NCBI GenBank assembly: GCA_000320545.1
Contig: ADNK01000503.1
Span: 62,001 to 126,000, forward strand
DNA from: Bigelowiella natans CCMP2755
Taxonomy: Eukaryota > Protista > Cercozoa
Length of the DNA stretch: 64,000 bases
Reading direction: 5' to 3'
The notes beneath the pieces were generated by a model. That model did not search any database. It was not told the DNA's origin and worked only from the letters and a program-made list of their open reading frames with translations. This document shows positions 39,160-50,243 of this stretch, piece after piece. Numbering within the stretch: the stretch's first letter is position 1; each line of letters opens with the position of its first letter. Position numbers and translations under genes: made by a program.

Positions 39160-39660
39160 AGCCACACGTACACATCGTATAAACACAAAAGCCGAAGCCG
39201 TAGCGAGGAGTGTGTCATGTTCACTTTCTTACAAAGCATAGATTTACATACACATGCATATACGTAACGGAAGTGATGAATAAATTAAATCTTCCATATG
39301 TAGCCGCAGTCCATCCATTACGCGTGTGCGTAGCGCTAATATGCCGTGTACCGTGTACCCGCTATTAATTTCGCCACAGCTCTAGAGCTGGGCCGGCTAG
39401 CCGGACTATAGACGCGCTAATACTCGTGTAGGCTTATCTAGTCTAGACCCGCATGCAGTGTTTTATGAAGTAGCACGCACTAGACGCATTCACAGGTATA
39501 CATGTAGATGTGCGATGCTAGCTGACTCTAGTGCTTGCCGATCTGTAGATTTCGCAATGTACGATATATGCGACGCTTTCGACTATATGTCACATTACTA
39601 AATTGCGTAGCCACAGCATTCACGTTGCATAGCGTATGTAATGCGGTGCGTATGAATACG
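38961..39660. other. CTAG-rich, alternating purine-pyrimidine convergent intergenic tract with a (CA)n run
   Basis: About 12 CTAG in 38961-39540, plus many TGCA/CATG/TACG/CGCG. (CA)n at about 39123-39156. Confidence 0.7.
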
Positions 39661-39696
39661 ATTAGTCTAAAAAATTATTGAATATAATTTTCATCG

Positions 39697-41125
39697 TTAT
39701 TTGATATTTCGTCTTATCCTTCCCCAGGCAAGGTGCTCCTTTGATTGCTTGAAATCTTGAGAGTTGATTAGTGTCGGAGAACGTAAGGGAGTATTGCCTT
39801 TCTGGTACGATTCTGAGAAAGCAAGAGGCCTGTCTTCTTCACTTCTTTGTGTCTCTAAAACTGATGCTTCTGCTATTGCATTGCTGCCATAGCTTTCAGA
39901 TGGAGAAGTGATGGCCGAGAAACTTTGTCCCAGACGTGCTAGTCCTTGGAATTCCTTTGGCGACGTGACGTTGCTACAAAAGCCTGAAGAGGCTTTAGTG
40001 TGAGAATATGCAGGAGATAATGGAAGACTCTCATCTTTGCAGATAGAGACATCTTGGTGATGACTAATATCCTGCGTTCGCCGTGAATGAAAAATACCAT
40101 CGTGATTGTCAGAGATATGCTCACTATTATGGGACATCGACTTTTCGGTATCTCCAAACTCCCACTTTGCAGAGCTGTTGACTTTAGGATGCACGGTAAT
40201 ATTAGAGGCAATCTCATCGTCTGCGTTTTCTTTTTCCTCCTCACCACTATTCTCACGAAACTCCCCCTCGGTAGCTGCCTGATTTATATATATAGGGGCG
40301 AGGGCCCTCTGTGATGAGCAGGGCGAGAAGCTACGCACCATTATTTTGCCTCTACTGTTACATGAAGAGGGAGTTCCACAATATTCTGAATTTTGTGTTT
40401 CGGGAACAATTATGACGTTATCAAGGGTGTCCCGTTTATTAGACTTGCAATCATCTGGCTCGTCTTGTGTTCCTGGATGTATTGAAGCAATTATTTGTAT
40501 ATATTCTTCATATCATCTATCATCTAATTCATTTGTTTATAATCTTCACTTATTGATTGGGTAGTACCGGGAACAATATTGCTATTGTTCGTGACTGCGA
40601 CAGATATTTCGGACGACGAGGCGCAATGATGATTTTGTAGTTGAGGTGGAGCAACACGGAAGTCCTTATCGTACATCTAATAGATTTTGAAGCTTGATTT
40701 TAATGCACGAATACTGACTAATAGAAATATTACGTAGTGGTGTTTACCGGGTAAGAAGTTCCTCTAGTAGCACAGTTCTTCCTTCGATTTACTTCTCTAA
40801 TATCTTTATTATCTAAGAATGTACTCTTTGACAAACCCTCTTCCGTACCCATATCGTTACAGGTTTCACTCGGAAGTGACGCCATCATCGATCTCTGCAG
40901 GCCCAAAAGAAGCACACAATCACCGTGTGGGTCGAGCCGCCGCAACACCATAGCAGTTGTCAGCACATCTCGATGAGTCACTGTTACATTGGCAAGCCCC
41001 TCCGGGTGTCTCGCACGAATTATTCGATCGACAGTGCGCCGATAGGGGACGGGCACTACGGCAAAGTCGCTCGAATGTGCAATGGAAGCAGGTAAAGCAG
41101 TAGTATCAATAGCAGCAGCAGCCAT
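39697..41125 (-). CDS. Hypothetical Ser-rich, probably disordered protein (about 3 exons)
   Basis: ORFs 40730-41125 and 39697-40341 can be joined through open segments MYDKDFRVAPPQ and GTQDEPDD..IIVPETQNSEY. No recognisable domain. Confidence 0.45.
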
Positions 41126-41344
41126 ATTTACAAAGGTACGATCGTACGATCGTGGTCAATCGCCTTTAACCGTTGAGGGCTTCTTCCTTTCAATCCGGTC
41201 TTCGGAGTTAACAGCTGGGCAGCGTGCCATTGGATGGTTTCCCTATCATTTTACCTAAATTGATCCAAAGAACCACCAGTAATTGTTTTCAATCCCCGAT
41301 TTTCCCTGAATGAAAGCAATTTCTGCGAGCGTTTGAATTATACC

Positions 41345-41520
41345 GGGATTTCCACATAGGATCTCCAGGATTTCCTGATTTCCAGGATTTCCTGGATTTC
41401 CTAGGATTTCCTGATTTCCCGAGGATTTCAGGATTTCCAACTTAGATTTCACAAGGAAACCCTGGAAACTGGGATTTTCTATAGTTTTCCTGGAAAGGCT
41501 TGTGATTTCCAACTTAAGAC
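41345..41520. repeat. Tandem array of a degenerate 8-9 bp GGATTTCC motif
   Basis: About ten GATTTC cores in 41346-41450. AGGATTTCCTGATTTCC and GATTTCCAACTTA each occur twice. Confidence 0.8.
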
Positions 41521-42485
41521 AACTAATCTTCCCCAGAAAGGCTTGCGGTTTCAAACTTGAGACAACAACCTCGAGGTTTGCAGATTCCAACAAACCAACA
41601 AAATGCTGATGATGGAGTCAGGGAGCTACGAATATGATGATGAAGGACCATCGGGGGGGGAAGACAGGATGCCCTTCTTCTCTAACCTGCACAATCTATT
41701 TGGTGGCCCAGCGAAGAGATCAAAAGTTGACTCCGCTGTTGTGATTGATGTAGGAAAGGTCTGATTTAAGACCCAATGAAATAATTGTCGATTGTCGATC
41801 GATCACAAATCATAAATCACAAATCACAACACAGTCATTATAGTCATATAGTCATCAGCGTGTCGATTGATCATACAGTCCGTGGAAAACGTGTTACAAT
41901 TATTTAGTTCTATAATTTAGCAAAACAAAGCGAATACGAAATTTGTTTTAACAAAACAGATCAAAACAGTGCATGTATTTCTATTTTATCATGAATTACA
42001 TTTTGTGCGTGACAGCGTTACATCAAAATCGGCTTCGCTGGTGAGTCAGAGCCTCGGAATGTGATCAATTCTCCGCCTCCTCCAAAATCAGAAGATTATT
42101 TCCCATTAAATTCAAAAACTTGGGAACGGTACTTTAGCTCGCTTCTGGAAAAAGTTTACTTCGATGTTCTGCAGGTCCTCTGCTATAAACTGTAAAGCCC
42201 CCCCAAAATCATGAAATTACAATAAATACACGATTTAAATGCAGTTTGATGAATATTCAAGGTGAACCCGTCTGATTTTCGAGTAATAGTTATAGAGGAT
42301 CTCTATTGGACCTATTCTTTTAAAAAAGGACTTATGAACGCTCTCTACAATCTTGGACTTCTTGGTATTTATTAAAAATTTAAATAGACAAAAGTATAGC
42401 AATCTCTTTATATTGCAAAGGTGTCCTCACAGTCCCCGGACCGCTATCACCATTTTATTTATTGGGAAAATCACATAGTCATGGA

Positions 42486-45017
42486 ATGAGTATTGACATA
42501 GGCTACAGCGAGACTAGGTTACGCCTCAGACTAATATGTAGTTTTATGTTTAACGAAATACATTTGCAGAGTGGCAGCTATTTGTGACCGATGCGTGTAT
42601 CTTCCATCTCTCTGCTGCGTACCATTGGGATTCTCCCAGATAATTAAAAGATTCAAAAATATACTGATAGAAGTAATATATTTAATACCCTGGTGTGCTC
42701 CCATCGTATGTCATCATATTTGCCCATTAAGTAGGATTGCAAAATTGAATGTGGAGGAGAGCTCATGGATTATCAGGGTCGCAAACAAGGTTCCGTACAA
42801 TATTTATGTGGAGTATCTCTGAGGGATTATTTCATGTTGAATACATCAGTTGTTGAAGAGATACCAGAGTCTGACCTTGAGAATCTTATTACCAGCTACA
42901 GTTTTGTTACCATCAGGTTTTGTTACGTGCTCACAAGATGTAGAGATTATGTGAAAACCTCTACTCATTTAATTACTCAGATCGTCGGTTTCCGGAGCTT
43001 TTAAAAATGAGTTTCGTGAGATTCGATACAGCACATATCTACTAGATTCTCGGACAAAAAGGAGGAAGCTGGCGAGAATTAGAATTGGATCGGAGCAAAG
43101 GTTATAAGTATGACAGCGTGGTGTACATTCGCATACCTAATCCGCAATATCTAGGATTAAGGCTTCGGAAGTATTGTTTGAAAATATAGAGATTCCAGGG
43201 GAAGGTCAGACGATTTTATAGAATCTGAAATTATACCAAGAACGTTCTTTACCTCAAAGGGTTCTCTTTACCCGAGATTGCTGAAAGATGTCTTCGTAAA
43301 TGCCCACCCGACATTCGATCTGGTTCACTCATTGTTATGCAAGGAAAGTAACATCGTATTAAGTTTGAATAAATACAATTAGGTATTGTTAGTAACCTCT
43401 TCTTTTCTGGAGGAGGAGCTTCCATTCCAGGTAAAACATGATTTAGTTTTATTCATTGATGTGTCAACCTTCGTTAATTAGGATTGTACGATCGATTTAT
43501 AATGGAACTCGAGTAAAACCTAACGCAACAGTTTTGTCGTCGTCTCAACATCTTTAAAAACCATATTTTGCGAATCCGCAGTCTGCTCCTGGTGAGAAGA
43601 ACCACAGAATTGACTCCGCTAGCTGGAAGGTACACTTCGGTATGGGTTACAGATCAATTTTAATACGTTCTACTTGTTCTAATTCGTTCTCACAGATTTG
43701 GGATTACAAAGTCCAGAATCCCATCAGGCAAAATTTCCCTATTCTCTCCTTCAATTTTATTGAAATCGCAGATCATCAAAATGCATTTTCCCGATTTAGT
43801 TATTCGGTCATGGTTGGGATCCTCGGTGTTATGTAAGGCTGGATTAAATGAAGAATGCTTCCAGAGAAGAAGATATAGAAATCTCCGAGATGTACCAGAT
43901 TGGTATGTGTGGGAATGATGAAGTGTTGCATTTGAAAAAAATGATTTAAATATATTCTAGGACAAACCCACCACTCGAATCCCCTGACTCGCCTGATGGT
44001 CACGATTTTGTTTCTACGATTTGGCACTCAAACTAATTGTGATCATCTACCCGTTATTTTTGCTACGACTGGTTGTTTTCCCTCTATAGACAACGAGGAA
44101 TACCTCACAGGGGAAGCTGGAGAGGACAACGATGCCAAACAAGGGGAAAGGAGTTCCCCAAGTGTTAAATATGGAACAGGTTATCAAGAGACATAGTAGC
44201 CTAACAAATTTTAGTTCTAATATCACCAGCTTAATAAGTCTCAAAATACTTCCAAAGCAAAAGAAATTGATTTCTTCTCACTGTTACCACAGAGATCATG
44301 TAAATATGGAATGTTAACTTAGCCCAGTAGTCATTTTGTCCAGTAGTCACTAGAATTTCTGATGAGATGTCGAAACGTTTCTTTTAGGTTCTGTCTCTAG
44401 GATGAGTGTAAAGAAAGAAGAGGAAGTAAAAAATCAAGAAGGAAAAGGACTTTCTGCACTGGAAAGATTTAGGCTTGCTGCAGGAGCTGCTGCAGAAGCT
44501 TCAAATTCACCGACAGGTGTAATTGCAATCTAATGTATCTGAAATTAAATGATAACGGATGGAGAATGCAATTTGCTGGTGAACTCACAGGAGTGAATTA
44601 CGATGCTATGGTTTGAATGTTTGTAGGTAGTCCTGTGAAAATTCCACCTCCTCCATCAGAGCTGCCTCGAACACATGGTGCTACGAGCAAATTGAAACTT
44701 GCCTCGTCTCGATTGCGTATAGGTACAACAAGGACTCGATCAAACACTTAGCAAACGGATGTCAGCTGCACAATAATAAAGACATGTTGTTATGATATAA
44801 ATATTAAATACTTACTCAACATTGTCTCAATGGCAAAACAACATTATCAGGAGATTCAGGATCGCTTCATGATTCTAAAAGTGACACATCTCACTTAGCG
44901 AGCTATCTAAGTAATGCTACAACTCATCAAGAAAACAATGTAACGCACTTCGCCAGATCGAAAATTTTTAGCAATGATCATTTTCCTAAGCCATCAGCTC
45001 CACCATACGATCAGTAG
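42486..45017 (+). CDS. Arrestin-domain (alpha-arrestin-like) protein, many short exons; may start further upstream (about 42 kb)
   Basis: Exons read VAAICDRCVYLP, ATVLLPS..SSVSGAFKNEFREIRYSTY (like the LPSSF.G..G.IRY of arrestin-N), TFFTSKGSLYPRLLKDVFV (like the start of arrestin-C) and FSRFSYSVMV. A disordered tail ends PSAPPYDQ*, with TAG at 45015-45017. Confidence 0.5.
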
Positions 45018-45230
45018 CAGCATTTGAATCAAGCACCTGTGGCAGTAGTACTGAACGATATGACGAATGGGAGTCACAACGATCTCAAAGATTACAGCAG
45101 CACGTAGCGTTGTGCCACAAATGACCACTTGTCGTAGTCAAAATATGTGCAATGATGTGCCTCGCTTGCCGGACATTTCATGCATTTGTGCACGAAATAC
45201 TCACACTATGTGACAACATTCTGCCGGCTA

Positions 45231-45600
45231 CCTAGCTAGCTGGTGGAATCCAAAGTGTTCTGCGCAATGTGACAGCGCAGCCGCAATGCATCACGCTAGC
45301 AAGTCTAGATGTGTGAGAAGTCTTTTGCAGCAATCTAGCGCAATGCGACTCACAAGACGTGATGCACATCTAGACATCTTAGGGCACACTCTAGATGCTG
45401 GCTAGCTAGCTAGCCAACCTTGGCTAGCTAGCAAGCATGAGTGTTGCGTCTACAGCTAGGCAGCGTCATCACATGGCTAGATAGCTAGATAGCGCTAGAG
45501 CGGCATGAACACCGTCATCCACATTGACAATGCAGGAACTATCATGCAATTTGACGGTACATCTAGACATGCCAGTATGCGGCATCTAGAAAGAGCATGC
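45231..45600. other. CTAG-saturated, otherwise TpA-depleted convergent intergenic tract
   Basis: 45231-45450 has 13 TA, of which 12 are CTAG and 1 is TTAG. 18 CTAG in 45231-45600. Confidence 0.88.
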
Positions 45601-45879
45601 ATATTTGTTCAAAGTTGCAAATCAATGAACACAACCCAAATTCCTCAATCATAATTATAATTAAGCTAAAACTACTTCTGTCCGCTACGTGCGATTCACA
45701 CTGCCCTTTTTTTTCGCTTCCTCACTCTTAATTGAGAAGACGAAATTGAACGATGACCAATTACTACTGATGAAACAGGTTGTATCTCCGAACCCAAAAG
45801 CATTCTAGACCAACAAGGCGAGCCCGATGAGCTGTAATCAGATAGTATTTGTATCTTGCTAGCTTGCGCTGATCTGCAT

Positions 45880-48800
45880 TTATCTACAACATCCCATGTG
45901 TCCATGTAGTCTCGTGCAGCGCGAACCCTCTTTCTTTTTCCCCCTGCGAACAGTCTTACGACACCTGCGTCCCTTCCTGCGAGCAGTCTCACGACTACGT
46001 CTAAAACCTTGCTTCTCAATCTCCAGTGCATACCACAATGTATCGGATTTATTCCGACGTTTCCATAGGCATATTACGACTGGATATTCATCCTTAATAG
46101 ATTGCTGAGTAGGCGGTGGTGTGTACGAGAATGCTCCTTCATTTGAGTCGACCACTGAGATCTTCACTTTCAAATAATCCGCAGCGGCCTTGATGTCAAG
46201 AAAATTAAAAGAGTCACCTTTCTTCAAATTTTCCATGTGAATCTTCCAATCTTTTTGACTACTTTTGGATTCGTGATATACATTTGTCCTGTTCAGTTTC
46301 TGCAATTCTTTTACAATAGCTTCCCGAAGCAGCTTGGCAGCATCTCTACTCCTACCTGCGCTGCCAAAATATCGCTTATACGTTTCATTGTCAGCTCTCT
46401 TGAGAGCTACAACCATTGCTGTGGCAGCGTCGCCGTCTTGATTTAGGACTTTCAGACCTCGGAATTCTTCGGGAACATCCGTGCACGGCGCAGAATTACG
46501 TTGAATCCTAGGTGCAATCCACGATGAGAGAAATAACTTATAATCTTCTCTGTCCCTTATCTTGGGGTTAAAACCTTCCCACAACTTGCCCTGAAAGCCT
46601 TCGTTCAAGTAGTTGTCCAACCGCTCTATGCGAGGGTTAGAAGGCTTCTTAACTGGAGGAATCGCCTTAATTGGAGGAGGAATCGCCGCATGAAAACTTT
46701 GATTTGAGTGATCCCAAACGACAAAATAGGCCTTCGAGTATTTATTTAGCGGGTATTTATTTAGAGGGGAATTGTTAGTAATCATGTCCACCTGTCCTAG
46801 AGACGGTGCGATGATGCAGACATTGCAATCGTAGTGATCACAGAACGTTTGAACAAACTGCAACCACTTTTTCCTACTCTCCCCTGCATATTTCTCCCTT
46901 TTATCCTTCTGCCCAGGATGTAGTAGTTCATCCGATGATTCCGAAAAATGGGGGGGGGGTTGCTGCTTTCTTCCGAAACTTTCTCTTCTCCTGCCTTTCC
47001 CAGCAAGATCAATCCAAAAATGCCAGAGTCCATCATGCATCTTTGTGAGAATTCTCAATCCTATTTTTTCAGCAAGTCCTTGGATATCTACACGTTGATC
47101 GCTCTTATTCTTTTGCGTGAACTTGGCTCCTCGGCAAGCTAGGAGTGACCATAAAAGGGATCTATCTGATCCTAGATCCCTAGGAGGCCTTTTTTCCTGG
47201 AGATTTTTTAAAGCATCCTGCATGGATGTATTCATTGCTGCATCGTAATCTCCTCGTTTACTTTCCTCTTCTAAGAATCTACACTTTGGTGAGAGACGTT
47301 TTCCGTCAGAGTCAACCTCTGCAGCCTCACGCTGGCCATTATTTCCCCCCCTTTCTACAGGTGTCCAGCGACGGATGTTTGCTTTCACAGAGGGGTATTT
47401 GTCAAGATTGAGCTGTGACCTTGTTGGGCCGTCGTCACCATTGCATTCAATACTCTTATATCTGAGCGCATCGATTTGCCTCTCAATCTCTTTGTGGTCC
47501 CGGTGACTCTGCTGAGCTGCTGGATTGTCATATCTCTTTTCCAGGGCCACCAACTTTCTCAAAAAACCTATCAGAAACTTCTCTATCTGCTTCCCTATCG
47601 TGTCGGATGATGGCCGATGATCCGCAAGCATTTTGCAAAGACCCAGAAACCACTGATAGACAACACCATTCTTGGTGAATATCCTATTTTGTAGTTTAGT
47701 ATAACGGGTGTTCCATTTCTTTTTCTTCAAAGTTTTCATGAATTGTTCCGCAACCTCCTCTTCGAATTCAAATGCATAATGGTAGTCAGAATCTCCTTCT
47801 TCTTCTCCTCTCAAGCTTGCGAATGAGGCACGGATAATTTCTTTGATTTTTTTTTTCGCCTGTGACGAGTTCGGAGATACGTTGGACAGACATTTGCGGC
47901 ACCATGCTCTTATCGTATTGCTTATGGTCTCCACTACCCATCTCTCTGTTTCACATCTATCAAGAAGCTTTTTCATATCTCCGAACCTATATTCTAGCAT
48001 TTTTTGGATAGCTTCTCTCTTCAAAAACTTTTTCCTTATCCACTCTTCAAAAGCAAGTTTCTCCTTTTCTGAGCAGTCTTTGTCCCCTACGAAAAAGCTC
48101 TTCGCCCTTTCAGAAAAGACATTTCGCAGTTGTTTGGAGAAATCCCTTTTAATTTCTTTGAACTGTTCTGATAATATTTCTTTGAGCTTACCTTGCAGAG
48201 CCTTATCTATGTACGGCCTTAGTTTTTTCCCCATTGAGAATACACCCTGGCTTCCCTCAGTATTAGGGTCGAGGAGGATCCTTAGCTCCGAAGGTCTCAG
48301 TTTATTCACGTATGATGTAATCTGCCTGATACATTCACGGAGTGTATTTTGGTGGTCCTCACGTTCCAGTTCCGAGCGGACTTTCTCACACACTTTCCCA
48401 TTTAAATCAAACATTTTTTTAATCTCTTGAAGCTTCTCTTTGACCCTGTTATCATGGTTAAACTCTCTAGCTATATTCTTGAACGTGCTCTGCTTTCCAT
48501 TCAAATACTTCGTTGCCACCTCGCGTGGGATTTTCCCTTTATCAACTTGTGGTCCGTCTTGTGGCCTGTCCATCCACTCATCACTCATTCTAAAAGAACT
48601 GCCACCTTGTTTTTTCACATAGGCAGTTCCCAACAGCTCATTCTCAAGATTCCAAAGCGGGTGGGGTTCTTCTCCCCCCATCCGACCCCACAGCATCGAC
48701 AGCATGCGCGTACTTTGAGCATATTTTCGTGAATCATTATATATCTCACCGTTGTTTCTTATGTATATGTACTTTGAGGTCCTCTGCAATGCGGATCCTA

Positions 48801-49462
48801 GCATCAGCTGACAGCAAGCAACGCGAAGATTTTTTTTGAAAAATTTCGTTATCGCTTGTTTGCTGCAGAAACGCCCTGCGTCCTTCTCTTTCAGTTTGCG
48901 GGCGAGATACGAATACGCACCATTCAAAAAGTCTTTACAGAACGATTTCCATTTGCTCTTTACGCTTTCGTTGACATCTTTCACCAAATCTTGGCACGAC
49001 AACCGCTGTTTCGATGATTTGGGACACGATAGTATACTAAGCCGGAGGGAGCTGCTTACCCAGCGATCAAGAACATGCTCATCGAGCAAGTCCTTTACGC
49101 GGTCCGATACGACGTTAAGGGATTTCTCCGAGGACAATACGATGACATTATTGGCAAGATTAAGAGCTTTAATCAATTGCGACCTGTGGAGAGGATCCTT
49201 ATCATCCGTACCTGGTACCTCAAGAATTCTATTGTTCTTTGCTACCAGGCATGGTATGGAAATTACCTGATATTACACGTAAAGGTGTAAGTCTTTGCAA
49301 CAACGCTGTCGGACTTCACCCCTCTCACCGCAATTTATGGTTATAATTTTTATTACAACGACGGATTATATTACAAACTTGGAGGCAGGCAAAATCATGA
49401 TGTTGTTACTGTTGTACAACCAATCTCTTGATAAGTCCACAATATTTGGATCGTATTATCTG

Positions 49463-49498
<36 letters not shown>

Positions 49499-50194
49499 TT
49501 ATATTTATATATACATCACCGCAACGAGAGGAGTAGTGAGTAGCGAGTAGTGAGATAACAAACAAACTGACAACAAAATGTATGCATTTTCATCAAGACC
49601 TTCTTGATAGTTCGTTTTGTCCTCTTCTTCTGTTTCTCACACCATATCATCTCACTCCCTCTCCTTCACCTCACCCCCTCTTTCTTCTCTTCCCTCTTAC
49701 CTCCAGAATCTTTTCACGAATGAAGACCCGATCTTGAAGAATGCTTGTGTTTTCGTTTCCAGTACAAAATATCTTCTTGCCAACGTGTTGCATCATAGAG
49801 GGGTTGATCTTGACGCTGTTCTTGTCCTTATAGGTAGGGAATTCTATACTTTCCGGCTGCTGCCTCGTCTTCTCATCGCCCATCTCAAAGTCATCAGATC
49901 CCGATTCAGAGTCCTCGAAGGAGTAATCTTCCTCAAAGTCTTCCTCTGTCGTCTGCTGCTGCAACGTACGGAGGAGGTTTTGCATTCTTTCACGGTGGAT
50001 TGCGCTCGCTTCGTTCTCTTTCATATCGTCCTCGTATCCCTGGTGATAACGGCGATGATGACAAGGATGATGATCATAATGATGATGAAGACGATGGCAT
50101 ATGATATACTTATTTAAAGACTCAAAAATCGATATCCAGATCTTTCAGATCATTGATGGGAGAAAACTCACAGAATTTGCCCACGCACACACAA

Positions 50195-50243
<49 letters not shown>

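Noticed and set aside
41345-41450. GGATTTCC array as a CRISPR array or NF-kB sites
   Set aside because: Units are 8-9 bp with no unique spacers and no cas genes, in a eukaryotic context. There is no evidence for Rel proteins.
10989-41800. CGATCG near several start codons
   Set aside because: It occurs just as often in exons, introns and convergent gaps.
47843-49290. Long plus-strand ORFs opposite the 1098-aa ORF
   Set aside because: Ser/Phe/Leu-rich antisense shadows of a Lys/Glu-rich coding strand.
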